Source of the DNA: Pseudomonadota bacterium
Lineage (GTDB): Bacteria > Desulfobacterota > Desulfarculia > Adiutricales > JAGVGV01
Direction of reading: 5' to 3'
NCBI GenBank assembly: GCA_018830135.1
Contig: JAHJTB010000365.1
Span: 1 to 59,835, forward strand
DNA: 59,835 nt
This document shows, piece after piece, positions 19,131 through 29,037 of this stretch. The notes beneath the pieces are model-generated. The model did no database searches and was not told where the DNA came from. It saw only the letters and a list, made by a program, of their open reading frames with translations. Position 1 is the first letter of the stretch. Each line of letters opens with the position of its first letter. Position numbers and translations under genes: made by a program.

Positions 19131-20102
19131 ATGGCAAAAGGTTACGGAATATTCTCCGGCGGCCTGGACAGCATCCTCGCCGCCGCGTTACTTCAGGAAC
19201 AGGGCCGGGAATTGGTCCTGCTTACGTTCTCGACGCCGTTTTTCGGCCCGGAACGGGCCCTGGTTTCGGCCCGGGCTCTGGGCCTGAGGGCCCGGGTGGT
19301 GGACCTGACCGCTCCGCACATGGAGATGCTCCAGCAGCCCCGGCACGGGTACGGCCGGTTCATGAATCCCTGCATCGACTGCCACGCCCTGATGTTCCGC
19401 CGGGCCGGGGAGATCATGGCGGCCGAGGGCGGGGACTTTCTTTTTTCCGGCGAGGTGCTGGGCCAGCGGCCCAAATCGCAGAACCGGCGGGCTTTGGACA
19501 TTGTGGCCCACGAGTCCGGGTACGCGGATTTCATCCTCCGTCCGCTCAGCGCCCGGGTCCTGCCGCCGACGCGAACCGAGGAACTGGGCCTGGTGGACCG
19601 GGACCGGCTGCAGGGCTTTTCAGGCCGGACGCGCAAGCCCCAGATGGAGCTGGCGGCCCGGTACGGGATCAAGGACTACCCGTCCCCGGCCGGCGGCTGC
19701 CTGCTGACCGACCCGATTTTTTCCAGGCGCCTCAAGGAACTGGCCGGTCAGGGGCCTTTGCTGGACCCTCGGGACGTCGAACTGCTCAAGTGGGGGCGTC
19801 ACTTCCGGCTGCCGGACGGTCTCAAGGCCATCGTCGGCCGGAAAAAGGCGGAAAACGAGGCCCTGGAGGGTCTTTTCCGTCCCGGGGACGTGATGTTCAA
19901 GGTGGCTTCGGCTCCGGGACCCACGGTCCTGATCCCGGCCGGCGAACCCGAGGACCCCGGCCTGGCCGCGTCCATGACCGTGTCCTACAGCGACGCCCCG
20001 GACGGGGAGCCCGCTGCGGTCCGGGTCATCGGGGCGCTCGGCGAACGGACTGTCGCGGCCCGGGGACTCCCCAAAAAGGACTTCGCCCATTTCATGATCT
20101 GA
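19131..20102 (+). CDS. PP-loop tRNA sulfurtransferase-like protein (ThiI/MnmA-related, THUMP-less)
   Basis: SGGLDS PP-loop, NPCIDCH, SGEVLGQRPKSQ, PSPAGGCLLTD, GRHFRL, IVGR. Confidence 0.85.
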   Translation: MAKGYGIFSGGLDSILAAALLQEQGRELVLLTFSTPFFGPERALVSARALGLRARVVDLTAPHMEMLQQPRHGYGRFMNPCIDCHALMFRRAGEIMAAEGGDFLFSGEVLGQRPKSQNRRALDIVAHESGYADFILRPLSARVLPPTRTEELGLVDRDRLQGFSGRTRKPQMELAARYGIKDYPSPAGGCLLTDPIFSRRLKELAGQGPLLDPRDVELLKWGRHFRLPDGLKAIVGRKKAENEALEGLFRPGDVMFKVASAPGPTVLIPAGEPEDPGLAASMTVSYSDAPDGEPAAVRVIGALGERTVAARGLPKKDFAHFMI

Positions 20103-20197
20103 TGCCGATTTTTGGGGAAAAGCACCAAAATCCGTTTTTGCGGGCAATCGTCCGTTGAGAAATCCAAAAGCTATCGGGTTTGGATATGGCTTCCGCC

Positions 20198-20346
20198 ATT
20201 AAACCCGAGTTTTGCGGTCGTCTTCAACCGCGGCGCCGAAATGCGTGCCGCAACGCTCGTTTCCCGCTTTTCGGCCTCGACGTATCCCGTGGTACAGCGG
20301 GGGCCAAAAATCGGTCCAACTTCGCGTTTCGCCATGCATTTCGACG
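20198..20346 (+). mobile_element. MITE-like repeat, copy 1 (partial), immediately downstream of the transposase
   Basis: ~150 bp closely similar to the reverse complement of 45821-45969. Confidence 0.8.
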
Positions 20347-20379
20347 TTTGACAACCCGCAACAGGCGGGCCATCTCGGC

Positions 20380-21363
20380 TCAGTCGGCCGTAAACGCCTC
20401 CTTGCCGGCCCTCACGCCTCTCAGCCAGCGTTTGCCCAGAATCTCGGTCGCCGGCTTCATGGCGTCCGGATGCCCGACCACCTGGTGGAACAGCTTGCCG
20501 TAATCCTTGACCGTATCCAGCCAGCGAGCCTGGTTGATCGGAAGGCGGCCCAGAATATCCGACAGTTCCGCCGGAATCTCCCCGCGGGTCCCCAGGCGGA
20601 TTTCCCGGCCGGTCCAGTCCATCAAAGACAGGTACTCGTCCAGGTTAAGCGGCAGCACGCCCCGGAGGCCGCCGGATTCTTCGACCCCGATCGGGCAGAG
20701 CCAGGTCGCGTCCGGCCCGGAAGCCCGGTCCTGGATTCGATCGTAAAGGCCCGTATATTCGCTCTGTTCCGGCGTGTCGGCCAGGCCGGACCGAACCGGG
20801 TTCAGGTCCACAAAGGCCATACAGGCCAGGAGCGCCGCATCGTCCAGCAAAACCTGGCATTTGAATCGCCCCTCCCAAAAACGCCCCTTGCAGCCGTCCT
20901 CTCGATTGGCCGTTCTGGACAGGAATTCATTCAGGGACCGCATGAACCAGCTTACACTGCCCAGACGGGACCGGATTTCATCGAGTCGCTTGGGTTTGCC
21001 CGCCAAGGCCTTGATGGCGGTCCGGCTCGGCGCCTTGGGGCGGCCATCCTCGGCATGGTCCTTGGGAGCCAGGGTCAGCCAGCGCCGGACCGTGTCCTCG
21101 GCCGACCAGCCCTCGACCAGGTCCGGACGGGTGCGGAGCATCACATGCAGGTGGTTGGACATGACCGCGTACGTGATGACCTCGATGCCGAACAGGGCCG
21201 CCAGCTCCTGCAAGCGGGCCTGGACCCAGCCCTTGCGGTGGTCTTGCGACTGGCCGGTGTACGGATCGACGCCGCCAAGATAGGCGCCGCGCACGCACCG
21301 GGAAATACAGTGGTAACAGGCCTCCTCGCCCTGGGTCACCATTTCGCTGCGGGCGACGGTCAT
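20380..21363 (-). mobile_element. REP-associated tyrosine (Y1/HUH, IS200-superfamily) transposase-like protein
   Basis: YHCISRCVRG, YAVMSNHLHV (HUH), SWFMR.LNE, ANRED...GRFWEGRFK, MAFVDLNPVR; GGGAGG RBS before ATG 21363. Confidence 0.88.
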
Positions 21364-21457
21364 GACGCATCCCTCCCAATTTTTTGGGTCAGGATAGCAG
21401 GTCGAGGCCGCCATGTCAAATATCTGGATGTCCTACAAGTAAGTCAGGGTCTTGGCC

Positions 21458-21865
21458 TCAGCCGTCCCGCATGACGATCTGGGACTGGGAGACCAGGGCG
21501 ACCAACTTGCCCTCCGTAGTCCTGAGTTCCGTCTGCCAGAGCATCATGGTCCGGCCCTTGTGCTTGAGCGTGCAGGCGCCGACCACGGTCTGGCCCAACC
21601 GGGCCGCGCCCACGAAGTTGGTCTTGGACTCGACGGTCGAGGTCCGGGCGCCGGGCGGCAGGTTCAAAAACGTGCCCACCGCCCCCAGGGTGTCGGCCAG
21701 GGCCATGCTGGACCCGCCGTGCAGAATCCCGCCCGTGGTGCACAGGGCATCACCGACGACCAGCCGGCCCACGACCTCTTGGGGATCGGCCGACACGATT
21801 TCGAAGCCCAGGTGGCCGGGCAGCAGGTCCTTGAATATCTCCTGAATCTGATCGACGATTTGCAT
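21458..21865 (-). CDS. PaaI family hotdog-fold thioesterase
   Basis: GILHGG..MALAD, STVESKTNF, HKGR. Confidence 0.9.
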   Translation of the reverse strand: MQIVDQIQEIFKDLLPGHLGFEIVSADPQEVVGRLVVGDALCTTGGILHGGSSMALADTLGAVGTFLNLPPGARTSTVESKTNFVGAARLGQTVVGACTLKHKGRTMMLWQTELRTTEGKLVALVSQSQIVMRDG

Positions 21866-21982
21866 ACATTTCCCTCCCGGAGCGGCCCCGGCCCGTTCGG
21901 CGGGGCCGGCGGTCTTTTGCTTGCTTTTTGGGCGGAAGGCCGGTAGACAGAGTTATGATACGCCGGCCATCCGACATGATAA

Positions 21983-22015
21983 TGTTATGATACATACTCA
22001 AAGTATGTTTGTCAA
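21983..22015. promoter_or_regulatory. Overlapping divergent promoters with a TetR operator
   Basis: Minus strand TTGACA-17 bp-TATCAT; plus strand extended -10 TGTTATGAT; perfect palindrome ACATACT-CAA-AGTATGT (21992-22008). Confidence 0.7.
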
Positions 22016-22039
22016 GAGGACAACACCGGACCGGGAGAG

Positions 22040-22660
22040 GTGAACATGAAGACCCGATCACGCAAGGAAGAGTATGCCGAAGCCACCCGGGAGGCCCTGC
22101 TGGAGGCGGCCCTGGACCGGTTCATCGCCCGGGGATATGCCGGTACGACCATCGAGGACATCGTGAGGCAGGCCCGGGTGACCCGGGGCGCGCTCTACCA
22201 CCATTTTTCGAGCAAGGAAGAGATATTCACCGTGGTCTATGAGCGGATCGCCGCCCGGCTGGCGGCCCGGCTGGAAGCCTCGGTCCGCGCCCTGGACGAT
22301 CCCTGGGAGCGGGCACTGGCCGGGTGCCGGGCCTTTCTGGATTTCTGCCTGGACCCCTGGGCCAGGAGCATCCGCCTGAGCGACGCCATCGGGGTTTTGG
22401 GCTGGGAGAAGTGGCGCCGGCTGGATTCGAGCTACACCATGGGAGTGATCCGCGAGGCTATATCCGGCCTGATGGAAGCGGGGGCCGTACCGGCGTATTC
22501 CATCGACCGGGTTTCCGGCCTGATTCATGCCCTGTACGTCGAGGCCTCGATGATTCTGGCCGCGGCCCAGGACAAGCGGGCGGCCCGTGATGAACTCTAT
22601 GGCATCATGGAGCGAATGATACGCGGGCTGGGGCGGTCTCCGGAAAGCGGCGGACTATAG
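22040..22660 (+). CDS. TetR/AcrR family transcriptional regulator
   Basis: TTIEDIVRQARVTRGALYHHFSSKE HTH; start may be ATG 22046. Confidence 0.92.
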   Translation: MNMKTRSRKEEYAEATREALLEAALDRFIARGYAGTTIEDIVRQARVTRGALYHHFSSKEEIFTVVYERIAARLAARLEASVRALDDPWERALAGCRAFLDFCLDPWARSIRLSDAIGVLGWEKWRRLDSSYTMGVIREAISGLMEAGAVPAYSIDRVSGLIHALYVEASMILAAAQDKRAARDELYGIMERMIRGLGRSPESGGL

Positions 22661-25600
22661 CCCGTTGTCCTCGGGCATTTTCAGGTCGGCCTGGATGGCC
22701 AGACGCTGGATTGCGCGGAACAGTTCGGTCGTGTCTTCCCTGACTTGGCGTCTGGGAGGAGCCGAGGCGGCCAGCCATTCCCGGAGCGGGGTTTTCCCCG
22801 GCGTCCGGTCCGCGGCCGCCAGTCTTTTCAGGCGGATGATTCGCCGTCCGGCGCGGATGACGACCCGGCGCCCGAATCGGGACAGGCGCACGTGGCTGAT
22901 GCTTTCGGCCGGGACGAGCAGGCGTTCCGAAGGCGAGGTCAGGGCCAGTCCTTCCGGGACCAGGTCGACGAAGTACCCGTCCGCGCTGCGGCGGTTCATC
23001 AGGTAGAGCAGTCCCAGCCAGGTGGGGGTCAGCAGGACGGCCAGGGCGGCCACGGCCTGGACCAGGAGGCCCAGGTAGAAGACCAGGGCTTCGATGGCAA
23101 GTTTGGTCAGGCTGGGGGCCTGGAGGACCGCCTGATGATACTGCTTCAGGAGCCAGGGGGCGATGGCGACGAGACCCACCGCGAGGGCGCCGGCCTGCAG
23201 GACGACCATGAGGACCAGGACGATCCCGGCCCCGCGCCGCCGGGTCCAATAGAAGGCGCGGCCCCGGGGCGGTTCGGTGAAGCGGGGACCCTTGAGGGCG
23301 GAACGGACCTGGTCGCCCAGGCCTTCGAACAGGGTGTACATGACCGGAACCACGACCAGGGTCAGGATCGTGGCGAAACCGATGCCGAAGATGATGACCA
23401 CGCCCAGACCTTCCCATAGTTCATCGGTGATGGTCAGGGTGATGATGCCGCCGATGGTGGTCACCGTGGTCGAGAGGATGGGGCGCAGCCGCTGCTGTCC
23501 GGCCAGGACCACGGAGTCGAAGATATTGCCGCCGGTCTGCCGGTTGCGGTTGATGCAGTCGACCAGCACGATGGAGTCGTTGACCACGATGCCGGTCAGG
23601 CCGACCAGGCCGATGAAGCTCATCACGGAAAAGTTGTTGTGGGTGATCAGCAGGCCGATCATGGCCCCGACCACGGAAAGTGGCAGGGCGGTCATGATGG
23701 CGAAGGGCTGATAGAAGGAATTGAACTGGGCCACCAGCAGGGTGAAAATGATAATGAAGGCCACCGCATAGGCCAGTTTGAGGCTGGCGAAGGACTCGGC
23801 GGTATCCTTGAAATCCCCTGAAAAATCGAAGGTGTATCCTTCCGGCAGCCGATAGCTGGCCAGTTTGTCCTGGAGCTCCTTGCTGACCTCGACCGCGGAG
23901 CGGCCCTCGCTCTGGGCCGTGATGCGAACGACCCGCCGCCGGTCCACGTGACGAATGGTATTCAGTCCCGGTCCATGGGTGAATTCGGAGAAGTTGCCCA
24001 GAGGCACCAGGGCTCCGGTGATGGACCGGACCCGGACCTTGTCCAGCATTTCCGGACCGGTCCTCGATTCGGGGGAGTAGCGCACCTTGAGGTCGTATTT
24101 CTTGGAGACGTCCAGTTCGTCGCGGAAGTCCCGGATGTCCAGGCCGGCCGTGGCCCCGCGCATGGTCGTGGCCACCGCGGTCAAAGGCACTCCCAGGGAG
24201 GCCGCCTTGGCCCGGTCCACCTCGACCCGGAGTTCGGGCGGGGCGCCGGTAAAATCGTCCTTGATCTCGACGGCCCCGGGGATGGCGCTCAGGATCGATT
24301 TGACGTCCGTGTTGATCCGGCGCAGGACGCTCAGGTCCGGCCCGTAGATGTTGGCCACGATGGGCGCCAGCCGGGGCGGTCCCCAGGCCAGGGGGCGGTA
24401 GGTGATGCTGGCCCCGGGAATCCGGTCCAGAAGGGGCCGGATGCGTTTCTGGATTTCCTTGTGGGAGGCCCGCTTGAACTCATGGCCGTCCTTGAGTTCC
24501 ACGGTCACTTCGGCGAAATGGGACTGGGGGCCGGCCGTGACCTGGACCTCGAAGGCGCTGGGCATCTTGATGCCCACGCTGGAAACGACCTGGACCGCCT
24601 CGGGCACCCGTTGCCTGACGATCGCTTCCACCCGCCGGGCCACGGCGTCGGTCTCGTCCACCTCGGTCCCGGGCGGGGTCTCGATGGTGATGTAGATGAA
24701 GTCGAAGTCGATGTCCGGAAACATTTCCACCGAGACCACCCCGGCGGCCAGCAGGCTGCCGGCCCCGGCCAGGGCCACCACGGCCAGGAGCGCCAGAAGG
24801 ACACGGTGGTTCATGGACCAGGCCACGCCCAGGACATAGAGCTTTTTCAGCCAGCGCATGTCATCTTCCGGACTGACGACCCGGCCCTCCTTGACCGACT
24901 GCTTCATGAATCGCGACAGAATAAGGGGGCTGGTGACCAGGGCCACGACCAGGCTGCTCAAGAGGGCGATGGTCACCGTCTTGGGCATGAAGCCCATGTA
25001 CTTGCCCGTGGTCCCGGTCATGAGGAGCATGGGCAGGAAGGCGGCCATGGTGGTCAGGGTCGCGGATATGACCGGCAGGGCGATTTCACCCACGCCGTCC
25101 ATGATGGCCGTCAGCCGGTCCTTGCCGAGCTGGTAGTGGTGATAGGCGTTCTCGACCACGATAATGGCGTTGTCCACCAGCATGCCGATGCACAGGACCA
25201 GGGCGAAGCGGACCATGTTGTTGTTGGTGATGCCGGCGACATGGAGCAGAACGAAGGTGAGGAGCAGGGACAGGGGGATGGAAAGCGAGGTGATGACCGA
25301 GTTCCTCAGCCCCATGGCGAAAAACAGGACGAAGATGACGATGAGCAGGCCGGTCACGGCCGAGTTGCTCATGATGTCGAAACCCTGCTGGATGAAGCGG
25401 GACTGGTCCGCGGTGATGACCGTGTGAACGCCGGCCGGGAACCCCTTTTCCAGGCGTTTGATCTCCTGGCGGACCTTTTCCGCGGTCTTGAGTATGTTGG
25501 CGCCGCTGCGTTTCTTGACCGAGATCGAAACCGAGGAACGGTCGTCGACCCGGGAGTAGGTCACGTCCTCGGCGTGTCCGTCCACGACCCGGGCCACGTC

Positions 25601-26365
25601 GCCCAGATAGACGACCCGGTCGCCGGCCGTGATCAAAGGCACCTGCTCGTAGTCCTGGACCCGTTTGACCTCGGTCAGGGTCCGGAGCAGGAAGCGCCGG
25701 CGGGAGGTGTTGACCATGCCGCCGGGTATGTTCACGTCCGACCGCTTGACCGCGTCGTACACGTCGAGAATGGTCAGGCCGTACTGGTTCAGTCTTTCCG
25801 GGTCCAGGTAGATTTGAATCTCGCGGGTCAGGCCGCCCGAAACCACGGTTTCCAGGACTTCCGGCAGCAGATCGAGCTGGTCGGCCACGGTTTCGGTCAG
25901 GCGCTTGAGCCGGATCGGGTCGATGTCTCCGACCACGGAGATGATCATGATCGGGATGTCGGACAGGGTGATCTCTTCCACGCTGGAGTCGTCCGCGTCG
26001 TCCGGGAGGTCGGACCGGGCCTCGGTCACCTTGTCCCGGACCTTCTGCAGGGATCGCTCGACGTCCGCGTCCACGTCGAACTCGACGACGACCACGGAAA
26101 CGCTTTCCGGGGATGAGGAACGCACCTCCTTGACGTCCTTCAGGCCGGACAGGGCCTCTTCAAGGGGATTGGTGACCAGGCTTTCCACTTCGCTGGGCGA
26201 GGCCCCCGGATAGGGGGTTATGACGATGGCGATGGGCGCGGATATCTCCGGTTCGCCTTCCTTGGGCATCTGCTGATAGGCCACCGTGCCCGCGACGATG
26301 GGCAGGACGATGACCAGCAGGGTGAAAATCCGGCTGTAGCGGATGATGAACTGAAAAAATTTCAT
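22655..26365 (-). CDS. RND efflux permease (AcrB-like) with an ~220-aa C-terminal extension
   Basis: YPGASP.EVE, GMLVDNAIIVVE, GIVVNDSIVLVD, RLRPILST, LTLVVVPVMY; 1236 aa. Confidence 0.93.
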   Translation of the reverse strand: MKFFQFIIRYSRIFTLLVIVLPIVAGTVAYQQMPKEGEPEISAPIAIVITPYPGASPSEVESLVTNPLEEALSGLKDVKEVRSSSPESVSVVVVEFDVDADVERSLQKVRDKVTEARSDLPDDADDSSVEEITLSDIPIMIISVVGDIDPIRLKRLTETVADQLDLLPEVLETVVSGGLTREIQIYLDPERLNQYGLTILDVYDAVKRSDVNIPGGMVNTSRRRFLLRTLTEVKRVQDYEQVPLITAGDRVVYLGDVARVVDGHAEDVTYSRVDDRSSVSISVKKRSGANILKTAEKVRQEIKRLEKGFPAGVHTVITADQSRFIQQGFDIMSNSAVTGLLIVIFVLFFAMGLRNSVITSLSIPLSLLLTFVLLHVAGITNNNMVRFALVLCIGMLVDNAIIVVENAYHHYQLGKDRLTAIMDGVGEIALPVISATLTTMAAFLPMLLMTGTTGKYMGFMPKTVTIALLSSLVVALVTSPLILSRFMKQSVKEGRVVSPEDDMRWLKKLYVLGVAWSMNHRVLLALLAVVALAGAGSLLAAGVVSVEMFPDIDFDFIYITIETPPGTEVDETDAVARRVEAIVRQRVPEAVQVVSSVGIKMPSAFEVQVTAGPQSHFAEVTVELKDGHEFKRASHKEIQKRIRPLLDRIPGASITYRPLAWGPPRLAPIVANIYGPDLSVLRRINTDVKSILSAIPGAVEIKDDFTGAPPELRVEVDRAKAASLGVPLTAVATTMRGATAGLDIRDFRDELDVSKKYDLKVRYSPESRTGPEMLDKVRVRSITGALVPLGNFSEFTHGPGLNTIRHVDRRRVVRITAQSEGRSAVEVSKELQDKLASYRLPEGYTFDFSGDFKDTAESFASLKLAYAVAFIIIFTLLVAQFNSFYQPFAIMTALPLSVVGAMIGLLITHNNFSVMSFIGLVGLTGIVVNDSIVLVDCINRNRQTGGNIFDSVVLAGQQRLRPILSTTVTTIGGIITLTITDELWEGLGVVIIFGIGFATILTLVVVPVMYTLFEGLGDQVRSALKGPRFTEPPRGRAFYWTRRRGAGIVLVLMVVLQAGALAVGLVAIAPWLLKQYHQAVLQAPSLTKLAIEALVFYLGLLVQAVAALAVLLTPTWLGLLYLMNRRSADGYFVDLVPEGLALTSPSERLLVPAESISHVRLSRFGRRVVIRAGRRIIRLKRLAAADRTPGKTPLREWLAASAPPRRQVREDTTELFRAIQRLAIQADLKMPEDNGL

Positions 26366-27492
26366 CAGCCCTGGGCCGGTTTGGGGGGCGCGAGCAGGAC
26401 CTTGGTTCCCGATTCGAGGAACTGCTGGCCGGTGACGATGAGCATATCACCCGGGGCCAGTCCGCCCAGGACGCGGACGCGGTCGCCCAGGGCCGGCCCC
26501 AGTTCGATGCGCCGCCGGACGGCGGTCTGGTCGGGACCGAGGAGGAAGACCTCCTGGGAGCCCTCACGGTAGATGACCGCGTTCTGGGGAATGACCATGG
26601 CCTGTTTTTCCACCCGCGTGGTCAGGCTGATACGGGCGGTCAGTCCGGCCTTGAGGAAGAGGTCCGAATTGTCCACGAGGACCTCGACGCCAAAGGTGTT
26701 GGTCGTGGGATCGGCCCGGATGCCGATGACGTCGATCCGGCCCTTGAACTCGCGCTGGGGGTAGGCTTCGACCACGACCCGGACCGGATCGTCGCGATCC
26801 AGGTGGATGTAGTCCCGTTCGTTCAAAAAGAGTTTGACCCGCATGGGGTCCAGATCGACCAGGATGATCAGGGGCTGGCCCGGGGCGACCGTCTGGCCGG
26901 TTTCGACCGTTCTGAGGGCGACCAGTCCGCCGAAGGGCGCCGATATCCGGGTCTTGGCCAGTCGTTCCCGGGCGATCGCCACGCCGGTCCTGGCCCGGGC
27001 CGTCTGGGCCTGGGCGGACTTGTATTCCGCTTCCATCCGTTCGAAGGCTTCGGCGGCGATGACCTGGCGAGGCAGGAGCTTGCGGCCCCGGTCATAGGCC
27101 TTGGCCGCCGCCTCGAAGCCGGCCTCGGTCAGGGTCAGATTGGCCTGGGCCTCGGCCAGGGCCAGCCGGTAGTCGGTCGGGTCGATCTCGACCAGGGTCT
27201 GGCCGGCTTCGACCCGGCCGCCCACGTCCACGGGGTGGGAAACGGCCACCCCGGCCACTTCGGCCGACAGGGTCACTTCCCGGTTGGCGGCCAGGCGGCC
27301 CACGGCTTCCACCACCACCGGCCGGTCCGCCGGCTCGACCCGGAAGACCTGGACCGGAATGGGTTTGTCCTCATGGGTTTCCGTCCCGGCCTGTTCGGAA
27401 CAGCCCGCGCACAGAAGGCCCCAGGCGAAAAGAATGATCAGCCCGAGCCGGAAGACCCACGGTCTCGAATGTCCGTCTGGATAGGTCGGCAT
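26365..27492 (-). CDS. RND periplasmic adaptor (membrane fusion protein)
   Basis: Lipoprotein-like signal (CAGC), EVAG...VGGRV.AGQ.L, ISAPFGG, GL.PGD.LIVTG. Confidence 0.92.
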   Translation of the reverse strand: MPTYPDGHSRPWVFRLGLIILFAWGLLCAGCSEQAGTETHEDKPIPVQVFRVEPADRPVVVEAVGRLAANREVTLSAEVAGVAVSHPVDVGGRVEAGQTLVEIDPTDYRLALAEAQANLTLTEAGFEAAAKAYDRGRKLLPRQVIAAEAFERMEAEYKSAQAQTARARTGVAIARERLAKTRISAPFGGLVALRTVETGQTVAPGQPLIILVDLDPMRVKLFLNERDYIHLDRDDPVRVVVEAYPQREFKGRIDVIGIRADPTTNTFGVEVLVDNSDLFLKAGLTARISLTTRVEKQAMVIPQNAVIYREGSQEVFLLGPDQTAVRRRIELGPALGDRVRVLGGLAPGDMLIVTGQQFLESGTKVLLAPPKPAQG

Positions 27493-27608
27493 GGTTTCAA
27501 CCCGAATGCGTCCTGGAGTTCATCCTTTCCATCATACCGGTCTTTCGAGGCAAAGGCGACCGGAAAATGATAGCCCCATCCGTCCGGCCATGCAAGCCGG
27601 AACGCCGG

Positions 27609-28619
27609 TCAGCCCTCCTGGACCAGGGCCACGCGGCCGATGGACCGGCGGCCCATGACCGCGGCCATGGCCTCCTGGAACCGGTCCAAGGGGAAACGGT
27701 GCGAGATGTGCGGCCGAATGCCTCCCTGTTCGTACCAGCGGCAAAGCCGGTCCATGAGGTCCCGGACCCGGGGCTCGTATTCCAGCCGCACGTCGTCCGG
27801 ACTCCAGCCCAGATAATAGCCCCAGTTCAGACCGCGGACGCTGATGTTCTTGACCAGCAGAATATTGGCCGGAATGCTGGGGATGCGGCCCGAGGTGAAG
27901 CCGACCGGCATGATCCGGCCTTCGGCCGCCAGGCAGCGCAGGGACTGGTCGAATACGTCGCCGCCCACCGGGTCGAGCACGGCGTCGGTCCCGCGTCCGC
28001 CGGTGATCTCGAGGACCCGTTCGCGGAAGTCTTCACTCTGATAGTCGATGACGTGGTCCGCGCCGTGATCCAGGGCCGCGGCCCGTTTTTCCGCGGTGGA
28101 GGCGGCGCCCACGACCCGGGCCCCGCATAGCTTGCCGATCTCGACGGCGGCCAGTCCCACCCCGCCGGCGCAGCCGTGGACCAGCAGGGTCTGGCCCGGC
28201 CGAACGTCGAGCAGATGGGGCCAGGTCAAAGCGGCGCAGGCCGTGGCGTATGAGCTGGGCAGGGCGATGGCCTCGGCAAAGTCCATCGAGTCCGGGATGG
28301 CATGGACGCCCACCTCGTCGGCCACGACCGCTTCGGCCATGCCGCCCCAGTCCACGGCCGCGGCCACGCGGTCGCCGACCTTGAAGCGCGTCGCCCCCGG
28401 ACCGGTCTCCGCGATCACCCCGGCCACCTCGGTGCCCGGGGCAAAAGGCAGCGGCGGCCGGCGCTGGTACCGGCCGCTGACCCAAAGGCTGACGGCGAAG
28501 CTGACGCCCGTGGCCCGGACGTCGATCCGGACATGTCCCGGCCTGATCTCCGGTTCCGGAACGTCCTCCACGGCCAGATTTTGATAATCCGTATATTCAC
28601 GAACCCAGACGGCCTTCAT
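27609..28619 (-). CDS. NADPH:quinone oxidoreductase family (MDR) protein
   Basis: PFAPGTEVAG, HGCAGGVG, DPVGG, VGFTSG.IP; start MKAVWV with GGAGG RBS. Confidence 0.9.
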   Translation of the reverse strand: MKAVWVREYTDYQNLAVEDVPEPEIRPGHVRIDVRATGVSFAVSLWVSGRYQRRPPLPFAPGTEVAGVIAETGPGATRFKVGDRVAAAVDWGGMAEAVVADEVGVHAIPDSMDFAEAIALPSSYATACAALTWPHLLDVRPGQTLLVHGCAGGVGLAAVEIGKLCGARVVGAASTAEKRAAALDHGADHVIDYQSEDFRERVLEITGGRGTDAVLDPVGGDVFDQSLRCLAAEGRIMPVGFTSGRIPSIPANILLVKNISVRGLNWGYYLGWSPDDVRLEYEPRVRDLMDRLCRWYEQGGIRPHISHRFPLDRFQEAMAAVMGRRSIGRVALVQEG

Positions 28620-28769
28620 GTAATCGTCCTCCGATGCGCGGGGTTTTGCGGGATGATAGCATAATTCGTTTTCCACGGGCCACGCTCGAAGCGGGCTCGG
28701 GGACGGTTGACAAATTTGCGCCGTCATAGATAATGGTCCCAAGAACGGCCTGAAAAGGAGAATACGATC

Positions 28770-29033
28770 GTGCTGATCTGCGAGGCTTGCGGTCACGAAA
28801 ACGAAGGACGGCTTTGCGACGAATGCGGGGAATCCAGCCCGGCCCAGGCGCGGTTCTGCTGCCACTGCGGCCGGGAACTGGGCCCGGCCCGGGAGGCCGG
28901 CGGGGCCGAACCCGGCCAGGACCCTTACGACCTGGACAACCGGACTCTGTGCACGGACGATTCCTGCATCGGCATCATCAATGAGGAGGGCGTCTGCTCC
29001 GAGTGCGGCAAACCGTATCGACCCGAGGGGTGA
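28770..29033 (+). CDS. Zinc-ribbon domain protein
   Basis: CEAC, CDEC, CCHC, CTDDSCIG, CSEC; AAGGAG RBS; upstream TTGACA-16 bp-GATAAT. Confidence 0.75.
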   Translation: MLICEACGHENEGRLCDECGESSPAQARFCCHCGRELGPAREAGGAEPGQDPYDLDNRTLCTDDSCIGIINEEGVCSECGKPYRPEG

Positions 29034-29037
29034 GAGC

